A stretch of 52,088 bases of DNA from a virus. The translations under genes were made by a program, and so were the position numbers. The stretch's first letter is position 1, and each line of letters begins with the position of its first letter. The notes beneath the pieces were generated by a model. It made no database searches. It saw only the letters and a list, made by a program, of their open reading frames with translations, and had not been told where the DNA came from. This document shows positions 15,123 to 22,739 of this stretch, piece by piece. Where the stretch lies: positions 1 to 52,088 of the IMG/VR virus record IMGVR_UViG_3300035156_000020, one strand, 5' to 3'.

Positions 15123-17006
15123 ATGAAGGTTTGTGTTGCGGATTTTGAAGCTAACAATCTGCTACATGCCGTAACAAAAATTCATTGCGGAGTTTTTATT
15201 GACATAGCTACCGACGAGGTATCTAAGTTCAAACCCGATGAGATGGATGAAATGGTTAAGTTCATGGATTCCATTGACGTGATGATTGTTCATAACGGTT
15301 ACGGCTATGACTGGCCGATGCTTCGTAAGATACTGGGATACGAGTACAAAGGGAAGAAGGTGGACACGCTTGTTATGTCCAGGCTGCTCAACCCTAAGCG
15401 TATAGTGCCGTTCAATTGTCCTGATAAGAAGACTGGCCCACACAGCATCAAGGCTTGGGGGTACAGGGTTGGGCGTGGTAAGCCTGACCATGACGATTGG
15501 GAGAATTACAGTGATGAAATGCTTCATCGGTGTGCAGAAGACACCGAGATTCTTAAACTGGTATATCAGTCTCTTCTAGAGGAAGCAAAGGGAGGCAAAT
15601 GGAAGAACGCTTTCCTACTGTCTTTCAAGCTCTTTGAGAATCTCCAGAAGCAGGAAGAATATGGTTGGCTGGTTGATCGTCAACACATGGACTTCTGCAT
15701 ATCGCAACTTACAAACTGGATTAGGCGCATTGATGCTGTCCTAACTCCTAACCTTCCCTATGTATTGGAGATTGATGAAACAAAAAAGCAAGGAGAGTTT
15801 GGGTATGTCACAAAGCCCTTCCTCAAATCCGGTAAATATTCCGAAACGGTTGTTAGGTGGTGCGCTGGTGGCAATCTTGATCCTAACCTTCTCCCCGTTT
15901 GTGGCCCTTTTAGCCGGGTACATTTCAGGCCAGTAAATCTCAACAGCAATGGTGAGACAAAAGACTACCTGCTGTCCGAAGGATGGGAACCTCTTGAATG
16001 GAACTACAACGACGAAGGGGATAAGACAAGCCCTAAGATGTCGAAGGATGATCCATTTGAAGGAATCAATGGCAAGGTTGGTAAGCTCGTTGCCCGACGA
16101 GTGCAATGCCGACAGCGGCGCTCTATCATTGAGGGTCTTATCGGAGTTATCCGTGACGATGGCCGCATACCGTCAGTTGTTAATACTCTGGCGGCAACAG
16201 GACGAGCAACCCACCGAAACATTGTAAACATCCCTGCTGCTAAGAGCTTCTACGGTAAACAGATGCGACGTATATTCATCTGTAAGCCCGGCTTCGTCTT
16301 AGTGGGTACGGATAGCGATGCTTGTCAAATCAGGATGCTGTGTGGACGGATGAACGATCCGGTTTATACAGATAACGTTCTTAACGGAGACAAAGACGAT
16401 GGAACAGACATCCATAGCGTCAACATGCGAGCAGCAGGATTGCCAGATAGAGATGCAGCTAAAACATTCTTCTACGGCTTCCTGTTCGGAGCAGGAGATG
16501 CAAAGGTTGGCAAGATTGTTAAAGGGTCTTCCGCAGACGGAAAGAGACTCAAAGCTCAGTTCCTTGAGGGCTTACCGGCACTTGGTAGGCTCTTAGAAGA
16601 CCTAACGAAGCAATGGCGTAGCACTGCCAAGAAACGCTTCAACACTAAATACGGCAGGATGGAACACTACGATGGCTTCATTACGGGGCTTGACGGTAGA
16701 CCTATTGCCGTACCAAGTGAGCATCAAATCCTGGTGTACCTGTTGCAGTCGGATGAAGCCATTATGATGACTGCTGCCTATAACAAGTTTTGTAAGGACA
16801 TGGCAAAGCGGTACACCTTGGGAGTTGATTACGGGGTGGTCTGCTGGTATCACGATGAATACACCTGTGAATGTAGGGAAGAAATTGCGGAAGATGTACG
16901 CCTTGTGGCAGAAGCAGCGATTAAATGGGCAGGGGATTTTTACAACATTCCTTGCCCTCATCTAGGACAGGGGAAGGTCGGTAAGGATTGGTATGAAATC
17001 CATTGA
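15123..17006 (+). CDS. Family A DNA polymerase with 3'-5' exonuclease domain.
   Basis: Exo motifs VADFEANNL and HNGYGYDWPML. Polymerase motifs KTFFYGFLFGAG and WYHDEYTCE. Confidence 0.95.
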   Translation: MKVCVADFEANNLLHAVTKIHCGVFIDIATDEVSKFKPDEMDEMVKFMDSIDVMIVHNGYGYDWPMLRKILGYEYKGKKVDTLVMSRLLNPKRIVPFNCPDKKTGPHSIKAWGYRVGRGKPDHDDWENYSDEMLHRCAEDTEILKLVYQSLLEEAKGGKWKNAFLLSFKLFENLQKQEEYGWLVDRQHMDFCISQLTNWIRRIDAVLTPNLPYVLEIDETKKQGEFGYVTKPFLKSGKYSETVVRWCAGGNLDPNLLPVCGPFSRVHFRPVNLNSNGETKDYLLSEGWEPLEWNYNDEGDKTSPKMSKDDPFEGINGKVGKLVARRVQCRQRRSIIEGLIGVIRDDGRIPSVVNTLAATGRATHRNIVNIPAAKSFYGKQMRRIFICKPGFVLVGTDSDACQIRMLCGRMNDPVYTDNVLNGDKDDGTDIHSVNMRAAGLPDRDAAKTFFYGFLFGAGDAKVGKIVKGSSADGKRLKAQFLEGLPALGRLLEDLTKQWRSTAKKRFNTKYGRMEHYDGFITGLDGRPIAVPSEHQILVYLLQSDEAIMMTAAYNKFCKDMAKRYTLGVDYGVVCWYHDEYTCECREEIAEDVRLVAEAAIKWAGDFYNIPCPHLGQGKVGKDWYEIH

Positions 17007-17175
17007 CAATGAAAAGCGTGTTCAACGGCGTGATGAGTTACAAATTCGTTGGAAACAGCAAGACCTTGAAGGGGAAAAAGCAATCATTCATTTTCTCCGA
17101 AAGCAATTGCTGGAGCACGAACAGAAGGCAAATACGCTAATTGATGAAATTAATGTGATGAGGGAACGCACCTAA
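16993..17175 (+). CDS. Hypothetical coiled-coil protein, 60 aa.
   Basis: Track ORF, overlapping the polymerase 3' end by 14 nt. Confidence 0.5.
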   Translation: MKSIDNEKRVQRRDELQIRWKQQDLEGEKAIIHFLRKQLLEHEQKANTLIDEINVMRERT

Positions 17176-17354
17176 TGCAAGACAAACAGATTAAAGAAGT
17201 AACGAATTTCGACCATGAGATTGCACGTATCAACGAAGAAATTCAGTACTGGCAGAAACAAGGCAACAAAGAGCATGTGACGCACTACGAGAACATTCGG
17301 GAGATGTACGAAGGCTTTAAGGCTAACGGTCAAAAGGTGTTCCGGGTAATTTGA
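17175..17354 (+). CDS. Hypothetical protein, 59 aa (MQDKQIKEVTNFDHEIARINEE...).
   Basis: TAATG coupling to the previous ORF. Below the track cutoff. Confidence 0.45.
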   Translation: MQDKQIKEVTNFDHEIARINEEIQYWQKQGNKEHVTHYENIREMYEGFKANGQKVFRVI

Positions 17355-17491
17355 ACGTCCTCATTGCTTGTGAGTTGGACTACTTACGAGTCCTACGGTA
17401 CAGATTGGAAACACTGAATAATCAAATTGCCGAACTCATTCGTCAACGTGATGAAGTACAAGACAAACTAAATAAGGAAACTAATGTTTAA
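17351..17491 (+). CDS. Possible 46-aa coiled-coil micro-protein (TTG start).
   Basis: It fills the otherwise empty 17355-17483 gap. Both its start and its stop overlap the neighbouring genes. Confidence 0.3.
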   Translation: MNVLIACELDYLRVLRYRLETLNNQIAELIRQRDEVQDKLNKETNV

Positions 17492-17690
17492 AGCACAAAC
17501 TGTTGATTCGATTCTTGCCTCTTTCACCAAGGCTGCTAACGACCTCAAGGCACTGACTGAGCGTTGCACCGAACAGATTGAAGCCAATCACACCAAGAAA
17601 TTGCAACTGGAAGATGAGAGTGTAATCCTAGCTAATGAACGCTCCCGTGCCGTAGCTGCTGCTGCAAAGATTAACGCACTGATTTCCTAA
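17484..17690 (+). CDS. Hypothetical protein, 68 aa.
   Basis: Track ORF. AAGGAA upstream. Confidence 0.55.
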   Translation: MFKAQTVDSILASFTKAANDLKALTERCTEQIEANHTKKLQLEDESVILANERSRAVAAAAKINALIS

Positions 17691-17697
17691 GGAATAT

Positions 17698-17895
17698 ATG
17701 AACCTTATTGCAACGATGTACGGTGTTGGTGAAGATGAATGGGGCGGTCGCCCTGCAGAGGACATTGAAGTGGAGTTTGAAGATGTAAAGGAAGTACACC
17801 GGGACGACCTGTTCTTCACCGTAATCAAGAACAACGGGGATCAACATGCAACCCGTATCAGCAAGATCAAGAAGTTCATCCTCATTAATAACTAA
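17698..17895 (+). CDS. Hypothetical acidic protein, 65 aa.
   Basis: Track ORF. AAGGAA upstream. Confidence 0.55.
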   Translation: MNLIATMYGVGEDEWGGRPAEDIEVEFEDVKEVHRDDLFFTVIKNNGDQHATRISKIKKFILINN

Positions 17896-17909
17896 GACAA
17901 AGGAAATAC

Positions 17910-18623
17910 ATGGGCCTCAACGCAAAACGCAATGGCGGTAACAACAAGAATCGTGTGGAGCAGCCACAAATTGAATCGGATGTCTACCCATCCTACTTGG
18001 TGCAACTGATTGACCTCGGATTGCAGCCACAGAAAGCATATCAGGGCAAGGAGAAAGCCCCTGTCCAGGAAATCATGCTCACCTATGAACTGTCCGACTG
18101 TTTCATGGTGGATGAGAACGGTGAAGAACTGGAAGATAAGCCACGTTGGGCAAGCGAAACCCTGCCTTTCTATGGGCTGTTCGCTGACAAGGCTAAGAGC
18201 ACCAAACGCTATTACGCCTTTGACCCTGACGAATCCTTTGAAGGGGACTTCGCTAAGGCGGTTGGCATGGCTTGTAACGTCACCATCGTGAATAACGAAA
18301 GTAACGGTAAGGTGTATGCCAATATCGGCAACGTTGCCACCATCTCCGCTAAGAAGGCAGAGAAGATGAACCCCATCAAGAACCCCACTAAGGTGTTCGA
18401 TCTGGAAGAACCTGATCTGGAAGTGTTCAACAGCTTGCCGGAATGGATTCGTGACAAGATTAAGGGCAACCTGAACTTCCAAGGCTCACCGCTGCAAGCC
18501 CTGCTTGGTAAGAGTGCTGCTGCGGATAAGACTGATCCGAAGAATCGTGTCCCCGATGTGGCTAAGAAGCCCCGCCCTGCTGATCCTGATGACTCGCAAG
18601 AAGATGACAACAATCCGTACTAA
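17910..18623 (+). CDS. Probable single-stranded DNA-binding protein.
   Basis: Position in the replication module. Acidic C-terminal tail ADPDDSQEDDNNPY, of the kind seen in T7 gp2.5-type SSBs. Confidence 0.6.
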   Translation: MGLNAKRNGGNNKNRVEQPQIESDVYPSYLVQLIDLGLQPQKAYQGKEKAPVQEIMLTYELSDCFMVDENGEELEDKPRWASETLPFYGLFADKAKSTKRYYAFDPDESFEGDFAKAVGMACNVTIVNNESNGKVYANIGNVATISAKKAEKMNPIKNPTKVFDLEEPDLEVFNSLPEWIRDKIKGNLNFQGSPLQALLGKSAAADKTDPKNRVPDVAKKPRPADPDDSQEDDNNPY

Positions 18624-18729
18624 GAAAGCGTGTAAATGGGTTGTGGTGTGCCCTTCCTGCGGTTCAACCGATCACACCTGCCGCTGTGTTTGGTAAGGGG
18701 GACATATTCAACCACTGATCGATGCCGAT

Positions 18730-19488
18730 GTGCTTGTCTACGAGTGTGGCTTTGCGTCAGAAGCCGGATGGGGGAAGGACAAAGGTGCTCCCCCGTTTGA
18801 CTACTGTGCTGAATTCTTAGACAACCGGATTGCTGCTATCTGTGCGGCTGTGGAGGCTACTCAGCCTCCCATCCTCTACCTCACAGGTAAGACAAACTTC
18901 CGTAATAAGATTGCAAAGCGACAGGCTTACAAAGACCGTCCAGGTAATAAACCCTACCACTATAAAAACCTCATTGCGTACATCAAAGGGAAATATGATT
19001 ACAGGCTTACCGAAGGGCTGGAAGCTGATGACCTCATTTGTATCGAGCAAACTAACCGGCCGGAAGAAACAATCATCTGCACACGGGACAAAGACCTTCG
19101 TGCTTGTGGAGGGTGGCACTACGGTTGGGAGCTTGGAAATCAGCCGAGCTTTGGCCCCGAACGTGTTGAAGGTGTTGGCCGAATCACACTATCTCGTGAC
19201 CGCAAATCAATCAAAGGTGTGGGTTTACTGTTCTTCTACAGCCAATGCCTTACGGGGGATCGGGTTGATTCAATCCCAGGACTCGATGGCTGTGGTGCGG
19301 TCGGGGCGTGGGAAACGCTAAAGGACTGTAAGACAGCACAGGAAGCCCTTAAGGCGGTGTACAAGGCTTACAAAGCTAAGTATGGGATGAATGCCTACGC
19401 TGAAATGCTAGAGCAAGGAAGGCTGCTCTGGATGACTCGTAAGCTGCGTGATGATGGAAGCCCTGTCTTGTGGGGGCAGACACAGTGA
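18730..19488 (+). CDS. 5'-3' exonuclease / flap endonuclease (PIN-like plus H3TH). The true start is probably upstream, at ATT 18706.
   Basis: EADDLI, TRDKDL and GDRVDSIPGLDGCGAVGA motifs. The conserved N-terminal IQPLIDADVLVY lies partly upstream of the first GTG. Confidence 0.85.
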   Translation: MLVYECGFASEAGWGKDKGAPPFDYCAEFLDNRIAAICAAVEATQPPILYLTGKTNFRNKIAKRQAYKDRPGNKPYHYKNLIAYIKGKYDYRLTEGLEADDLICIEQTNRPEETIICTRDKDLRACGGWHYGWELGNQPSFGPERVEGVGRITLSRDRKSIKGVGLLFFYSQCLTGDRVDSIPGLDGCGAVGAWETLKDCKTAQEALKAVYKAYKAKYGMNAYAEMLEQGRLLWMTRKLRDDGSPVLWGQTQ

Positions 19489-19718
19489 ACACCCGAATCA
19501 AAATTATAACGTATCGCAATGGAAGACAGCGATTCTACCCTCAACATAAGTTCATTTGTTTTTGGATAGGATTTACCGAGATGAATTATGGCGGGCCTTC
19601 TACGGTATGGTGTTCTACTCTGGAAGATGCTCAAAAGATTATTGATTGGCGGTTGCGTGGCCGAGAAGAAGACAGGGGGTGGAGGAAGGTGAAGCGGGAG
19701 GTAGTGAAGTATCCGTAA
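19470..19718 (+). CDS. Hypothetical protein, about 78-82 aa (GTG start at 19470 or 19485).
   Basis: Track ORF. The GTG at 19485 overlaps the exonuclease TGA. Confidence 0.5.
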   Translation: MGADTVNTRIKIITYRNGRQRFYPQHKFICFWIGFTEMNYGGPSTVWCSTLEDAQKIIDWRLRGREEDRGWRKVKREVVKYP

Positions 19719-19767
19719 CGGAGGCAATTGGACGGAGGCTAAGTTCAACTCATTCATCAAGAGTGCG

Positions 19768-20103
19768 TTGAGGGCAGCTAGTCGTAGGTGGCCTCCTAAG
19801 TATGAAACCCTGAATGACGCATGTATTGGCACTCAGGTAAATAACAAGACAGGACGTATGGCAAAGCACTACAGATGCGCTGGCTGTGGAATGGCATTCC
19901 CTGCTAAAGACGTACAAGTAGACCATATTCATCCCATCATTGATCCCTCTGTAGGGTTTGAATCGTGGGATGAAACGATTGATCGAATGTTCTGTGAAAA
20001 GAACAATCTACAAGTGCTGTGTACGAACCCCTGCCATAAATCAAAAACTGCCGCTGAGAAGCAGCAAGCTAAAGAAAGACGTAATGACCAAACCAAAGTA
20101 TAA
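19768..20103 (+). CDS. HNH endonuclease.
   Basis: CAGCG...VQVDHIHPI...NLQVLCTNPCHKSKT. The frame is open upstream to 19708 and encodes NWTEAKFNSFIKSAL with no canonical start. Confidence 0.8.
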   Translation: MRAASRRWPPKYETLNDACIGTQVNNKTGRMAKHYRCAGCGMAFPAKDVQVDHIHPIIDPSVGFESWDETIDRMFCEKNNLQVLCTNPCHKSKTAAEKQQAKERRNDQTKV

Positions 20104-20359
20104 CGACTTCAAGACCTACTCCCTGTTCAACGATATCGAAGATGTTGAACTCCGTAACCGCAATCGTGCTGTTGTCCTCACCAACATGGCAGAAGATCAT
20201 ATTGACCGCAAGAGCAAGCGAGTCACTATGAAGGGTGCTGCTCTAATCCTTGGCTACTTCGGCAACATTGAAGAGGCTGATCGTGAGGATGTGAAAGACC
20301 AGTTCTCACAGATGATGCATCAACGGGGCTTCGCTCTTGTGCCCAAAGCAAACGTTTGA
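20084..20359 (+). CDS. Hypothetical protein, 91 aa.
   Basis: Internal ATG of track ORF 19958-20359. It overlaps the HNH 3' end by 20 nt. Confidence 0.55.
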   Translation: MTKPKYNDFKTYSLFNDIEDVELRNRNRAVVLTNMAEDHIDRKSKRVTMKGAALILGYFGNIEEADREDVKDQFSQMMHQRGFALVPKANV

Positions 20360-20366
20360 AAGGTTG

Positions 20367-20633
20367 ATGGCAAAACTAATGGATCGTGAATACATCGAAG
20401 CACCTGGCGAATTGAACACCTTCTTTGGGCAACCTGCCCCGATGAAGAACAACCAACCTGCTGTATGGGATTTGGTTATTGCGGATATGACCAATCGTAA
20501 TCGGTTTGGCATTGAGAAGTATGGCACACCCCTTCAAGCATTTAATGGGAGAGATGCCTTGCAAGATGCGTATGAGGAAGTACTAGACCTGGCTGTATAT
20601 CTGAAACAGAAGATTGAGGAAAACAAGGGATGA
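20367..20633 (+). CDS. MazG-like / dATP-dGTP pyrophosphohydrolase-like protein.
   Basis: VWDLVIADM..R..FGIEKYGTPLQAFNGRDALQDAYEEVLDLAVYL, recalled as the DUF550-type signature. Confidence 0.6.
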   Translation: MAKLMDREYIEAPGELNTFFGQPAPMKNNQPAVWDLVIADMTNRNRFGIEKYGTPLQAFNGRDALQDAYEEVLDLAVYLKQKIEENKG

Positions 20634-20703
20634 AATACAAGCTGTACTTTAGTCACCATGACGATTGCAAGTGTTACGACTGTATGTTCGGGGTTGAATA
20701 AGT

Positions 20704-21393
20704 TTGAAAATTGCCCCAATTGAAGTGAGTTTGATTGACCACATGGGGACTGACCTCTCCGTGGTCAATGCAGCACGAGTATCCTTCGATAAGGAAAGTG
20801 ATTGGACTACGTTAGAAATTCACCAAGGCGATAAGCTCGTTGGTGGTGTCCAGGTCTTGAATGAAGCAGACCGTAGGCTTATATCCTACCTTGCCAAGCA
20901 TAAGCACTTCTCCCCATTCAATCACGCCTTCATGACGTTCCGTGTTAAGGCTCCCATCTTTGTAGCCCGACAGCTTGTTAAACACAAGTTCATGCCGTGG
21001 AATGAAGTGAGTAGGCGTTATGTGGACAGTGAGCCAGAGTTCTACATTGCACCTATGTACCGTGCTAAGGCTGCTAACGTGAAGCAAGGTAGCGCAGACG
21101 TTGACTCTGGGTACGACCGTCATGCTGCTATTGAGCACAGCCAGAGGTGTCTTGACGAGTACAACGCACGTCTTGCGCATGGTGTGTGCCCTGAACAGGC
21201 TCGTGATGCACTGCCGATCAATACGCACACTGAGTGGATTTGGAGTGGAACACTCGGAGCGTTTGCCGATATGTTGAAGCTTCGTCTTGACCCACATACC
21301 CAAGCTGAAAGCCGTATCGTAGCTGAACAGATTTATGCAATTGCAGCAGACCTCTTCCCTGTTAGCCTTCCTTCCCTTATCGAGAACAAATAA
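20704..21393 (+). CDS. thyX: Flavin-dependent thymidylate synthase ThyX-like, with a divergent signature.
   Basis: TTG start. KHFSPFNH replaces GHxSxxEH. KHKFMPWNEVSRRY replaces the RHR(X)7S..RY signature. Confidence 0.8.
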   Translation: MKIAPIEVSLIDHMGTDLSVVNAARVSFDKESDWTTLEIHQGDKLVGGVQVLNEADRRLISYLAKHKHFSPFNHAFMTFRVKAPIFVARQLVKHKFMPWNEVSRRYVDSEPEFYIAPMYRAKAANVKQGSADVDSGYDRHAAIEHSQRCLDEYNARLAHGVCPEQARDALPINTHTEWIWSGTLGAFADMLKLRLDPHTQAESRIVAEQIYAIAADLFPVSLPSLIENK

Positions 21394-22158
21394 TTGAAAA
21401 TCCTCTACATCCCTGACACGCAAGCCAAGCCTGGTAATGACTTCAAGTTCCTGACCCGAATCGGCCAATATATCTGTGAGAAACAGCCTGACGTAATTGT
21501 TCATGGTGGTGACTTGGCAGACATGCCCTCCCTGTCGTCTTATGACGAGGGTAAGAAGTCCTTTGAAGGGCGACGCTATACGAACGATGTACAGGCTGCA
21601 ATTGAGGCTCAGACAGCCCTCTTTCAACCCCTAGCCCTACTCCAGGCGCGACAAACTCAGAACCGTAAGAAGGTTTACCACCCTCGCACCATCATCACCG
21701 TTGGTAACCATGAGAACCGAATCAATCGTGCAATCAATGACGATGCCAAGCTTGAAGGACTCATCTCTCAGAAAGACCTCTGCTATGAATCGTTCTTCCA
21801 CGAAGTTTATAACTTCCTTGATGTTGTGGTTGTCGAAGGTGTCGCTTTTAGTCACTACTTCGTTACCGGCACTGCTGGCCGTCCTGCTAGTTCTGCTGCT
21901 GCCCAAATGAATAAGAAGCATATGTCCTGTATCGCAGGCCATCAACAAGGCTTGCAGATTGCTACGGCACACCGGGCAGACGGTAAGCGCCTCACCAGTG
22001 TTATTGCAGGTAGCTGCTATGAACATAATGAGGATTACATGGGGCCACAGGGCAATAAGCACTGGCGTGGTGTCCTGATGCTGCATGATGTTAAGGATGG
22101 TGAGTTTGACCTGATGCCTGTTAGCCTTGATTATCTGGAGAAGAAATATGCAGGTTAA
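21394..22158 (+). CDS. Calcineurin-like metallophosphoesterase.
   Basis: IPDTQ, VHGGDLAD and VGNHENR motifs. TTG start directly after the thyX stop. Confidence 0.8.
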   Translation: MKILYIPDTQAKPGNDFKFLTRIGQYICEKQPDVIVHGGDLADMPSLSSYDEGKKSFEGRRYTNDVQAAIEAQTALFQPLALLQARQTQNRKKVYHPRTIITVGNHENRINRAINDDAKLEGLISQKDLCYESFFHEVYNFLDVVVVEGVAFSHYFVTGTAGRPASSAAAQMNKKHMSCIAGHQQGLQIATAHRADGKRLTSVIAGSCYEHNEDYMGPQGNKHWRGVLMLHDVKDGEFDLMPVSLDYLEKKYAG

Positions 22159-22579
22159 TGTTAAGAAGCTCCACCCTGACGCCATCCTCCCTACTTATGG
22201 GACGGATGGTGCGGGAGCGTTTGACATCTATGCTCTTTACCCTAAAAACGATGACCCTGTAGACTCATTTGTTTTCAGTACAGGTCTTTCTTTTGAAATT
22301 CCAAAGGGATACGTGATGATGATTTACTCACGTAGCGGTCACGGTTTTAATGACGATATTCGACTTGCCAACTGCGTAGGCGTGATTGACAGCGATTACC
22401 GTGGGGAACTGAAGGTTAAACTAACCTGTGACGCTGGTAACGGAATCATTGACTATGACCATGCTGACCGTATCGCCCAAGCAATGATTATCCCCATCCC
22501 CCGTATCGCTTTCAACGAAGTGGACGAACTCTCAACTACTACCCGTGGCGCTGGTGGCTTCGGTAGCACTGGCAGTTGA
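22148..22579 (+). CDS. dut: dUTPase (trimeric type).
   Basis: GAGAFDIY, SRSGHG, GVIDSDYRGEL and RGAGGFGSTG. ATG with GGAG upstream. Confidence 0.9.
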   Translation: MQVNVKKLHPDAILPTYGTDGAGAFDIYALYPKNDDPVDSFVFSTGLSFEIPKGYVMMIYSRSGHGFNDDIRLANCVGVIDSDYRGELKVKLTCDAGNGIIDYDHADRIAQAMIIPIPRIAFNEVDELSTTTRGAGGFGSTGS

Positions 22580-22739
22580 CTTACCAATTCATTAGAAACT
22601 CCTGTCGTTGTCACCCCGAAACCTGCCCCCACTGGAGGTATGTGATTGTTGATGAAAAGGGGGAGACAATTAAGGGGTTTGACACTGCAACTGACGCACT
22701 TCATGCCTGTATCTTTATGAACGCAAACAAAGGAAATAC

